From a bacterium (lineage in GTDB: Bacteria; RUG730): a DNA stretch of 61,017 nt. Positions 1 through 8,132 of this stretch are shown piece after piece. The first letter of the stretch is position 1. Every line of letters begins with the position of its first letter. A program made the translations under genes and the position numbers. The notes under the pieces were generated by a model, which worked only from the letters and a program-made list of their open reading frames with translations, made no database searches and was not told the DNA's origin. The stretch lies in the NCBI GenBank assembly GCA_031551405.1, contig JAVBNQ010000001.1:1-61017 (forward strand). Direction: 5' to 3'.

Positions 1-89
1 TGGCTGCTCTCGTAACAATTGAAAAATTTATTATAAAACCCTACAAAAAAATTCGAAACCTTTGATCTCTTTTTGTTTATTATTTCCAT
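1..89 (-). CDS. 5' part of a CDS running off the window edge (MEIINKKRSKVSNFF...)
   Basis: ATG at 89 with a GGAGG Shine-Dalgarno about 8 nt upstream; frame open to the edge; product unknown. Confidence 0.5.
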   Translation of the reverse strand, partial: MEIINKKRSKVSNFFVGFYNKFFNCYESS

Positions 90-299
90 TTATCTTTCCT
101 CCGATAAATTATTTTTCTTGTTATTCACGATATAAAATTACCACATGTCAAGCTTTTTGTAAAACGAATTTATTGCGAATTTTTTGTGAAGGAATAACGA
201 AATCAACAAAAGCTGTCTCTATTCGAGGTGTACAAACAAAAAATCTTTTGTTGACTACTTGGAAGTTTTTTAGATGATAAGACGAGAATTAAAAGGAAG

Positions 300-372
300 T
301 AGCGCGTACGGGGTTCGAACCCGTGATTTCCTCCTTGAGAGGGAGGCGTCCTAGCCACTAGACCAACGCGCC
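300..372 (-). tRNA. tRNA-Glu (anticodon CTC), CCA not encoded
   Basis: Reverse complement GGCGCGT...CCTCC-CTCTCAA-GGAGG...GGTTCGAACCCC...ACGCGCTA folds as a cloverleaf. Confidence 0.95.
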
Positions 373-412
373 TTTTTGTATTGAATCTCTAGAAAATTAT
401 GTCTTTTAAAAT

Positions 413-1576
413 CTATTGCAAAAGACTTCTTAATTCATCGACTTTGTCAAGCTTTTCCCAGCTAAAATCCGGATTTCCAAAATGCCCATAACTCGCTGTC
501 TTCAAGTATTGTGGTTTTTTCAAGTCTAACATTTTAATTATCCCCTGAGGCGTAAGATCAAAAACACGTTTTATGACATCGACGAGTTTCTGAACCGGGA
601 TATTCGAAGTTTCCATTGTGTCTATCATTATAGAAACCGGATTTGCAACTCCGATAGCATAAGCTAACTGGACTGTACATTTTTCAGCAAGATTCGCAGC
701 AACAATATTTTTCGCAATATAACGAGCAGCATAACAAGCACTTCTATCAACTTTTGATGGATCTTTGCCTGAAAATGCACCGCCACCATGAGCAGCTGTT
801 CCACCGTATGTATCAACTATTATCTTTCGACCTGTCATGCCTGTATCAGATTGTGGCCCACCGATCACAAATTTGCCGGTTGGGTTAACTAGAAACCTCG
901 TGTTGTTGTCGATCAAATTTTTATCGATAGTCGAATAAATAACTGCCTCAATAATCTCGTCAATCGCCTTTTTTGTTATTTGATGTCCGGTTGAGTCCAA
1001 AATTTCTTCGGTGTGTTGCGACGAAATCACGATCGTGTCAACTCTAAAAGGCTTATTGTCTCTATATTCAATTGTGACTTGCGATTTTCCATCAGGCCCT
1101 AGGTACGGAAGTATATTTTTCTTTCTAACTTCTGCAAGCTTTCTCGACAATTTATGAGCAAGAGTAATCGGCATTGGCATAAACTCAGGCGTTTCGTGTG
1201 ACGCATATCCAATCATCAACCCTTGATCGCCAGCTCCTCCGGTATCAACCCCTTGGGCAATATCCGGCGATTGTTTACCGATAGCGTTCATAACCCCGCA
1301 TGACTCATAATTAAAACCATATTTTGCGTCATTATAGCCTATATTTTTTATTACTTTGCGAGTAATCGTTTGTGGATCGAACATCGCTGTAGTTGTTATT
1401 TCTCCACCGACAATCACCATCCCAACTGTAATAAACGTTTCACAAGCAACTCTCCCATTTGGATCTTGACGTAAAACCTCGTCTAAAATCGCATCAGAAA
1501 CCTGATCACAAACTTTATCAGGATGCCCCTCAGTAACAGATTCTGACGTAAATACATAATCTAATGTTTTATACAT
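413..1576 (-). CDS. metK: S-adenosylmethionine synthetase
   Basis: [28 protein letters not shown] motifs. Confidence 0.98.
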   Translation of the reverse strand: MYKTLDYVFTSESVTEGHPDKVCDQVSDAILDEVLRQDPNGRVACETFITVGMVIVGGEITTTAMFDPQTITRKVIKNIGYNDAKYGFNYESCGVMNAIGKQSPDIAQGVDTGGAGDQGLMIGYASHETPEFMPMPITLAHKLSRKLAEVRKKNILPYLGPDGKSQVTIEYRDNKPFRVDTIVISSQHTEEILDSTGHQITKKAIDEIIEAVIYSTIDKNLIDNNTRFLVNPTGKFVIGGPQSDTGMTGRKIIVDTYGGTAAHGGGAFSGKDPSKVDRSACYAARYIAKNIVAANLAEKCTVQLAYAIGVANPVSIMIDTMETSNIPVQKLVDVIKRVFDLTPQGIIKMLDLKKPQYLKTASYGHFGNPDFSWEKLDKVDELRSLLQ

Positions 1577-1606
1577 TTTCAGCTCCTTTTTTTAATCTAG
1601 ACCAAT

Positions 1607-2974
1607 CTAAATTTTAGTCTTAAATTTATAAATAATAATTTTTTTTGAATTTTGCTCGACATCAAAAAAGAATTTTATATTTTTTGAATTAAGTTTTTCA
1701 AATTTTTGATTTTTGTCTGCATTTAAAATTTCCCAGTCTCCGTCAATTCTTTCGATTAAATTAATATTTTGTTTCTTTGAAGTATTATTTTGAATCGTGA
1801 TTTCCCATTCGATTTCGTAAATATTGTCATCAGTTTTTTTATAAATCAACTGTTTTCTCGTCGCACAAATTCCGTAAATTTTCCCGGTAATAAAATCTAC
1901 CTTATCGAGTTTTGCGGCATTGTCTATTTTTGTCTCTCCAAAAAATGCAAAATCTGTCTTCTCTTTTCTATAAACCTTTATCTTTCCACTCGGCAAATCG
2001 AAATCATTCTTATTGGTAAATTCTATTTTGTTGTCAGCGTAAAATTTCTCGTCTGGATTTTCATAATATTGCTGGGAAATATAACTTTTTTCATTTCTAA
2101 TCTCAATCTTTTCCTGAATATCAAAATTTTTCAAGCTGACCAGATCTAATATTTTCTTAGCATTTTTTAGCAAATCGAGCTTTTGCGGTAAAGAAAAAAT
2201 AAAATATTTGTCAAAACTTTGCGCTTTGGTTTCGGAATCTTGATAGGAATTTCCTGCCATTTTAGAATACATCACCATATGTGAATCCTCGTTATTCTTC
2301 GCCAAATCTCCGATAAAAAATTTCACGCTTGCTCCCAAGAAATCACAGTTTGAATTATTTTCTACGATCAAAAATCCATCTAAATTTGCCTTTTGTCCAT
2401 CAATAAACATATTATAATTCACGTTTGAATTGATCGAGTCCAAAAGATACGTCATTCTAAAATCAAAATTTTTATTCTTCAAAATCTCACCAGACACCAA
2501 AATTCTTTTCTTAACATCGAGATTTTCCATTTTAATATTTAAATTATTCAGTTTTTCAAAAAAAACCTCGTCTTCAATTTTGTAATTTAACATCTCACTA
2601 AAAAGTCCTAAAACCACTGCCTTTTTGTAAGAAATCTCATCTCTTTTCTTGACCAAAACTTCCTGCCCAACATAATTGTATATGTCGAAATAAATATCGT
2701 AAACACTCTTATCCAAAACTTTAAAATTCCCGGAAAAATCAAAATAAATACTGTCAAAAATCAAACCTTTTGGTATATTTTCGAGTGAAAAATTTGCGAT
2801 TTTTGATTTTTCCAAAGTCAAATCCGCAGAAACTTTGTCTTTGATCAAACTAAGCCCGTTTTGGTACAGAATGATCTCAGAATTTTTTATGACAGCTCGA
2901 TCAATTTTTTCTCCTCTCACAAAAGTTACGCTAAAAATAAGCAAAATTAATAAAAAGATTTGTTTTTTAAGCAT
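1607..2974 (-). CDS. Exported DUF4139-family protein
   Basis: Signal peptide; LYQNGLSLIKD start, NNS...LGASV and LPSGKIKVY segments typical of DUF4139; start moved to ATG 2974 after GAGG. Confidence 0.7.
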   Translation of the reverse strand: MLKKQIFLLILLIFSVTFVRGEKIDRAVIKNSEIILYQNGLSLIKDKVSADLTLEKSKIANFSLENIPKGLIFDSIYFDFSGNFKVLDKSVYDIYFDIYNYVGQEVLVKKRDEISYKKAVVLGLFSEMLNYKIEDEVFFEKLNNLNIKMENLDVKKRILVSGEILKNKNFDFRMTYLLDSINSNVNYNMFIDGQKANLDGFLIVENNSNCDFLGASVKFFIGDLAKNNEDSHMVMYSKMAGNSYQDSETKAQSFDKYFIFSLPQKLDLLKNAKKILDLVSLKNFDIQEKIEIRNEKSYISQQYYENPDEKFYADNKIEFTNKNDFDLPSGKIKVYRKEKTDFAFFGETKIDNAAKLDKVDFITGKIYGICATRKQLIYKKTDDNIYEIEWEITIQNNTSKKQNINLIERIDGDWEILNADKNQKFEKLNSKNIKFFFDVEQNSKKIIIYKFKTKI

Positions 2975-3788
2975 ATAATTCCTCATCTTTATAGTTGAGT
3001 TTTATGCCGTATATAGAATTTTCGTAACCATATTTTTTTGAGAAGAACGAATTGTAAATAGCGGAAATCTGACCGCTAAAATTCACGAAAACTCCAATCG
3101 TATAATTTTCGTCGGAATAATAACGCGCTTGTAAGTCGAGATATTTCCAGGGCCTAACACTGATCGAATAGCTTTCACGTAATTGGCTCCATAGCGACCA
3201 CGACTGGTAGTTATGTTCGTAAGCCAATCGCAATGTCTCATTTGAGAGTGGCTTAAAAACAAAATAATAACCTTCTTCTTTATAATTCGAATAATCCTGG
3301 ATCAAAATAGTTCCGCCGATATCAATCGTTGGATGCGCTTTATACAGCATCCCAAAGATCCAAAAACTTTTGTGATGATTAAAAAAATATGAATCCCCGT
3401 TGCTCCAACCAAATCCAGTTCCAAAACTAAAGTTTTCACGAGACTCAGCCATCGAAATTCTCGCGTCATAAATTTCATGCCCTTGAAAAGTTTCGTTCAC
3501 GTACGCTAGCCCAAAATTTGGAGATGCAGAAAAAATCGCCCAGTTTTTATAATCTTCGTTATCGCGATTCGCGGCAGACCAGAAAACGGACGTAATATTT
3601 GAATCTACGAAACCGAGAATCGCCGGGTTATAAAAGCCACCTAACGGATTACTTTTATCCGACGGCGCGATGTTCGCAAAATCTGAAGCAACATCAAAAA
3701 AAGCGCGCTTCTGATTTGCATAACAAAAACTCGCACTACAACAAATCACCAGACTCGCTAAAAATAAAGAAAAAAATTTTTTTGACAT
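2967..3788 (-). CDS. Exported hypothetical protein, probable outer-membrane beta-barrel
   Basis: Signal peptide, early YNPA motif, alternating aromatic/Gly beta-strand pattern. Confidence 0.55.
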   Translation of the reverse strand: MSKKFFSLFLASLVICCSASFCYANQKRAFFDVASDFANIAPSDKSNPLGGFYNPAILGFVDSNITSVFWSAANRDNEDYKNWAIFSASPNFGLAYVNETFQGHEIYDARISMAESRENFSFGTGFGWSNGDSYFFNHHKSFWIFGMLYKAHPTIDIGGTILIQDYSNYKEEGYYFVFKPLSNETLRLAYEHNYQSWSLWSQLRESYSISVRPWKYLDLQARYYSDENYTIGVFVNFSGQISAIYNSFFSKKYGYENSIYGIKLNYKDEELYA

Positions 3789-3804
3789 TTTATGCCCTCG
3801 TCAT

Positions 3805-4701
3805 TTAATTTTCATTTAGCTCTAATTTTTGCTTCTTTGCAGCAGCGAAAAATTCAAAAATCTCATCTTCGTTTCCTGGATCTAAAATCTTCTCGAGTTT
3901 ATCTAGATTTGTTTTATAACTCTGCAAAATATTGAGCAGATTTTTCCGATTCATAAGAGTTATTTCCGTCCAAAGTTTCGGATCAGATTGAGAAATTCTC
4001 GTCATTTCTTTGAACGATCGTCCGAGCGTAAATTTCAAATCATTTCCAGCTTCAAATTTCTCGTAAATAAGATTCGTCGTGAGTCCTGAAATCAAATGCA
4101 TAAAATGACTAGAATAAGCGGTAAAAAGATCGTGATCTTGCGGTGACAAAACTTTCGTTTTTGCTCCTAGACAATGCCAAAATTCTCGCAAAAGCGAAAT
4201 ATTTTTGGCTTGCGTTTTTTCAAAAGGAGTGACGAGGACAGTCGCGTTTTCAAGCATTTTTCCATCACTATTTTCGCAGCCTTTTTTTTCGCTGCCGGCC
4301 ATCGGGTGCGAGCCAACATATACAATTTTTTTGTTATAAATTTTATTATTTTCAGTGACGAATTTATCAATCTCGTTATAGATTTTACCTTTTACGCTGC
4401 TCACGTCAGTCAAAAAAACTTTTTGTTTTAGTTTCGGGAAGATTTCGATAAGAATATTTATGACTGTTAGCGGCGAAACAGAAAAAATGATAAAATCTAC
4501 GTCAGAAATAAACTTGTTGTAATCCAAACTTACTTCGTCGACAATTTTCAATTTTTTCGCTTTTTTTAAAGAATCTTCTCTCGATACGATTCCATAAATC
4601 TCAGCATTTGTCAGGTTTTCTCGCAATTTTAGCGCAATACTTCCACCTATAAGCCCGAGCCCATAAATCAAAATTTTTTGGCACCAAATCTTGTTTGTCA
4701 T
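3805..4701 (-). CDS. tyrA: Prephenate dehydrogenase
   Basis: GLGLIGGS Rossmann motif, DVSSVK, HPMAGSEK; adjacent to aroF. Confidence 0.93.
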   Translation of the reverse strand: MTNKIWCQKILIYGLGLIGGSIALKLRENLTNAEIYGIVSREDSLKKAKKLKIVDEVSLDYNKFISDVDFIIFSVSPLTVINILIEIFPKLKQKVFLTDVSSVKGKIYNEIDKFVTENNKIYNKKIVYVGSHPMAGSEKKGCENSDGKMLENATVLVTPFEKTQAKNISLLREFWHCLGAKTKVLSPQDHDLFTAYSSHFMHLISGLTTNLIYEKFEAGNDLKFTLGRSFKEMTRISQSDPKLWTEITLMNRKNLLNILQSYKTNLDKLEKILDPGNEDEIFEFFAAAKKQKLELNEN

Positions 4702-4713
4702 AAAAAACCTGAG

Positions 4714-5730
4714 CTAAATACTCCGATTTACAGCAGTCGCTATCTTTTTTACGTCGTGCATCAGATCATCAAATTGATCAAAAAGCAAAGATTGCGGCCC
4801 GTCAGAAAGCGCTTCCTCAGGTTTTGGATGAACTTCGACGATTATTCCATCGGCTCCAACTGCAATAGCCGCCATACTGAGAGGTTTTACGTACGCCCTG
4901 ATTCCCGTGCCGTGGCTCGGATCGATAATTACCGGCAAATTCGTCAAACTCTGCAAAACAGGCACTGCGTTTAAATCAAGAGTAAATCTCGTCGCTTGTT
5001 CAAAAGTCCTTATACCACGTTCACATAAAATTATATCGTAATTTCCCTCAGAAGCTATGTATTCCGCAGACATTAAAAATTCTGAAATCGTCATAGCTAT
5101 TCCTCGCTTCAAAAGCACAGGTTTTTTGATTTTTCCGATTTCTTTCAAGAGATCAAAATTTTGCGCATTTCTAGCTCCGATTTGAATAATATCGACGTAT
5201 TTTGCTAAAAGATTAGCTTGTTTCATAGTCATGGCTTCAGAAATTGTAGACATTTTTAGTTCATCGCCAACTTGTTTTAGCATCTTCAATCCTTCCTCGC
5301 CAAGCCCTTGGAACGCGTATGGAGAAGTTCGCGGCTTGAAAGCTCCACCTCGCAGAATATTTGCGCCAGATTTTTTGCAAACCTTCGCAGTCTCGTACAA
5401 ATAATCTAACGTATCAATCGAACAAGGGCCGGCCATTACAGCCAACCTTTCTCCGCCGACAACATTGTCGTGTCCAACATTAATTTTTATCTTTTTAGGC
5501 TGAAAATCCTTTGAAACAAGCTTAAACGGCTTTGAAATCGGAGTAATTGATTCAACCATGAACATCGACTCAAAAATATCTTTTTTCGCCAAAACGTTTT
5601 CACCAATCACTCCGATTATAATTTCAGTAGCACCTTTTGAAATATGTGGCTCGAAATTTAATTCTTTTATTTTGTCGAGTACGTGTTTAATCCCTTCTTC
5701 GGTTGTGCCTTTTTTTAAAGTTAACAGCAT
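4714..5730 (-). CDS. aroF: DAHP synthase (type I-beta, N-terminal regulatory domain)
   Basis: AGPCS, RGGAFKPRTSPY, QIGARN, LCERGIRTFE, DPSHG motifs. Confidence 0.96.
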   Translation of the reverse strand: MLLTLKKGTTEEGIKHVLDKIKELNFEPHISKGATEIIIGVIGENVLAKKDIFESMFMVESITPISKPFKLVSKDFQPKKIKINVGHDNVVGGERLAVMAGPCSIDTLDYLYETAKVCKKSGANILRGGAFKPRTSPYAFQGLGEEGLKMLKQVGDELKMSTISEAMTMKQANLLAKYVDIIQIGARNAQNFDLLKEIGKIKKPVLLKRGIAMTISEFLMSAEYIASEGNYDIILCERGIRTFEQATRFTLDLNAVPVLQSLTNLPVIIDPSHGTGIRAYVKPLSMAAIAVGADGIIVEVHPKPEEALSDGPQSLLFDQFDDLMHDVKKIATAVNRSI

Positions 5731-5889
5731 TTTTCCCTCTCACTTTTGTGAATTTAATTTTTAAAAATGTAATATTAGCAAAAAAATTTAAATAATTACA
5801 GAAAAATAACGAAAAATCTGCTTTTAGCTCGAAAGAGTAAAAAACAAAAATTTCATTAATTTTTAAAAAATCCTCCTAAAAAACTTGAT

Positions 5890-5918
5890 TTGACCAATCA
5901 TAAATTTTTTGTTAAACT
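5890..5918 (+). promoter_or_regulatory. Sigma70-type promoter of the malic enzyme gene
   Basis: TTGACC-17 nt-TAAACT with an extended -10 TG. Confidence 0.6.
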
Positions 5919-5947
5919 TTCCCACAAAAAAACGTCGAGGGGAAAAT

Positions 5948-7165
5948 ATGGACTACAAACAAGAATCTCTAAAATTACACGAAAAATTAAATGGAAAAAT
6001 AAGCGTAATCTCAAAACAAAAAGTCACAAAAGAAAATTTGGCGCTGCTCTATACTCCCGGAGTCGCAGAGCCCTGTAAAAAAATTCAAGAAAATCCAGAA
6101 CTCTCTTATAAATATACATCTAGAAATAATATGATAGCTGTAATATCAGACGGAAGTGCTGTTCTTGGACTCGGAAATATCGGTGGACTGGCCGGAATGC
6201 CTGTCATGGAAGGCAAATGTATTTTGTTCAAAGAATTCGCAGGCGTCAATGCATTCCCGCTTTGCCTTTCAACGCAAAATGTCGACGAAATAATAAATAC
6301 CGTGAAATTTTTGGAACCAAGTTTTGGTGGGATAAATTTGGAAGATATTTCAGCACCCAGATGTTTTGAAATTGAAACAAAATTGAAACAAATCATGAAT
6401 ATTCCGGTTTTTCACGATGATCAACATGGAACAGCTGTAGTAGTTTTGGCAGGTTTGATAAATGCTCTAAAACTAGCAAAAAAACAAAAAGAAAACATAA
6501 AAGTTGTTGTAAATGGGCCTGGAGCCGCCGGAAACAGTATCACTAATTTTTTATTGAACTATGGGATAAAAAATATTGTTGTTTGCGATAAAAATGGAAT
6601 TTTGAAAAAAAATAATGAAAAATATGACATCTATAAACAAAAATTAGCGAACATCACAAATCCATCTGGTAGTGAGGGAGATTTAACTGTTGCCTTAAAA
6701 GATGCCGACGTATTTATCGGAGTTTCAGCCGGAAATATTTTGACAGAAGATATGATAAAAAATATGAACGAAGATCCAATCATTTTTGCATTAGCAAATC
6801 CAAATCCTGAGATTGATCCAAGTCTGGCAAAAAAAGCCAGAGCAAGATTGGTTTCAACCGGAAGATCCGATTTTCCAAATCAAATAAATAATGTTTTAGC
6901 TTTCCCGGGAATAATAAGAGGAGCATTGGCGGTTCAGGCGAGTCAAATCACTGAAAACATGAAATTAAAAGCCAGCCTCGCGATCGCTAGTTACATAAAA
7001 GATTCTGAGCTAACGTTTGAGAACTTTATTCCAAAAGCGTATAATCTCGAGATTGGGCCTTTGGTAGCAAAAAGCGTTGCCGAGGCAGCAATAGAAGACA
7101 AAGTAAATAGAATTGATAAAAATCTGATGGATGTTGAAATCGAAGTAAGGGAATCACTAAAATAA
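5948..7165 (+). CDS. NAD(P)-dependent malic enzyme
   Basis: YTPGVAEPC, PVMEGK, INLEDI, FHDDQHGT, FALANP, TGRSDFPNQINN; ATG 5948 after GAGGGG. Confidence 0.95.
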   Translation: MDYKQESLKLHEKLNGKISVISKQKVTKENLALLYTPGVAEPCKKIQENPELSYKYTSRNNMIAVISDGSAVLGLGNIGGLAGMPVMEGKCILFKEFAGVNAFPLCLSTQNVDEIINTVKFLEPSFGGINLEDISAPRCFEIETKLKQIMNIPVFHDDQHGTAVVVLAGLINALKLAKKQKENIKVVVNGPGAAGNSITNFLLNYGIKNIVVCDKNGILKKNNEKYDIYKQKLANITNPSGSEGDLTVALKDADVFIGVSAGNILTEDMIKNMNEDPIIFALANPNPEIDPSLAKKARARLVSTGRSDFPNQINNVLAFPGIIRGALAVQASQITENMKLKASLAIASYIKDSELTFENFIPKAYNLEIGPLVAKSVAEAAIEDKVNRIDKNLMDVEIEVRESLK

Positions 7166-7211
7166 CAAAAAATCGTTATTATACAATACGGAATTTTAAT
7201 TTTTTATTTTG

Positions 7212-7445
7212 GTTTTATCTCTAAAAATTGCTAGACAATTTTTTCAAAACCCCATCATGCAGGAAAGTGGAAAAATTTTTGAAAAACTGTTAAGAAATTT
7301 TCAATTGTTTGAGCCTAATTTTTTGTGGCGAGTTTTGAAAATTTTAAGTTTTTTAAAAATTTTTACCTATATCCGGAATGTTTGGGGCGTCGTTTTCTTT
7401 TGGTTCATTTTATTTCTGGACGAACAAAAGAAAATGAACAAACCT
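7212..7445 (+). repeat. Structured intergenic repeat, type B unit
   Basis: 7235-7259 is the exact reverse complement of 60161-60185; 7295-7440 aligns with the reverse complement of about 60635-60781; contains TGTTTGAGC...GCGAGTT in a 10-bp stem. Confidence 0.8.
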
Positions 7446-7697
7446 CACAAAAACAATTTGTGAAAAATAAAACAAAAGTCGTTAGCCGAAAAACAATAAA
7501 TGTGAAAAATTCTTTGTTTTTGTACGATGGAAAAAGAAAAGAATCGGATAAAATTTAGAGAATTTACATTTTAGTTTTTGGACTAAAAATTTTGTGTTTT
7601 CTAGTATTGGAATTATAAAGTTGATAGGGTTTTGTGGTCCCGAGGTGTCGCCAGATAGCGACTAAATTTGGGATAGATGGATGGTAAAAGTCTCAAA

Positions 7698-7738
7698 GCT
7701 AGATTTTTTATTTCCATTAAAAAAACAAAAAATCTAGC
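7698..7738. terminator. Hairpin just downstream of rpsT, probable terminator
   Basis: GCTAGATTTTTT / AAAAAATCTAGC 12-bp inverted repeat 9 nt past the rpsT stop; U-tract is weak. Confidence 0.5.
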
Positions 7739-7746
7739 CAAATTTT

Positions 7747-8025
7747 TTAGCCGATTTTTTGAAGTTTTTTTGACAATAAAGACTTTTGTCTAGCAGCCTT
7801 ATTTGCGTGAATTGTTGAAGTTTTTACAGCCTTATCAAGAGCTGAAAAAGCAACGTTCAAAGATTCGGTTGCTTGCGCTTTATCGTTATTTTGAACGGCA
7901 GTAACAACTTTTTTTGCAATAGTTTTCAAAAAACTTTTCTTCGCAGAATTAATTTCTCTTTTCTTGGTATTCTTTCTCATTTCTTTCAATCCGGAAGTAT
8001 GTCTTCCGGTTTTTAATTTTGCCAT
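7747..8025 (-). CDS. rpsT: 30S ribosomal protein S20
   Basis: Basic 92-aa protein with LDKAVK..IHANKAARQKS motif. Confidence 0.95.
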   Translation of the reverse strand: MAKLKTGRHTSGLKEMRKNTKKREINSAKKSFLKTIAKKVVTAVQNNDKAQATESLNVAFSALDKAVKTSTIHANKAARQKSLLSKKLQKIG

Positions 8026-8132
8026 TTTCCCAAACCTCTTAAAAAAATAAAATAAATTTTTGAATTAAAATTATAAAATAATTTAAAATTAATTGCAACT
8101 TTTTTTAGCTCGCTTTACTTAATTATATACAT

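Noticed and set aside
5886-5900. TGATT-TGACC-AATCA palindrome over the malic enzyme -35 box as an FNR site
   Set aside because: Spacing does not fit TTGAT-N4-ATCAA, and a 5-bp arm is easily due to chance in AT-rich DNA
7209-7558. Short ORFs 7209-7463 and 7325-7558
   Set aside because: They run through the non-coding type B repeat, are F/K-rich low-complexity, have no RBS, and the frame is not kept in the homologous copy
7630-7680. GGCGACACCTCGGGAC on the minus strand resembles the 3' end of 6S RNA
   Set aside because: Its pairing partner is only about 20 nt away; a 180-nt 6S rod would extend into rpsT
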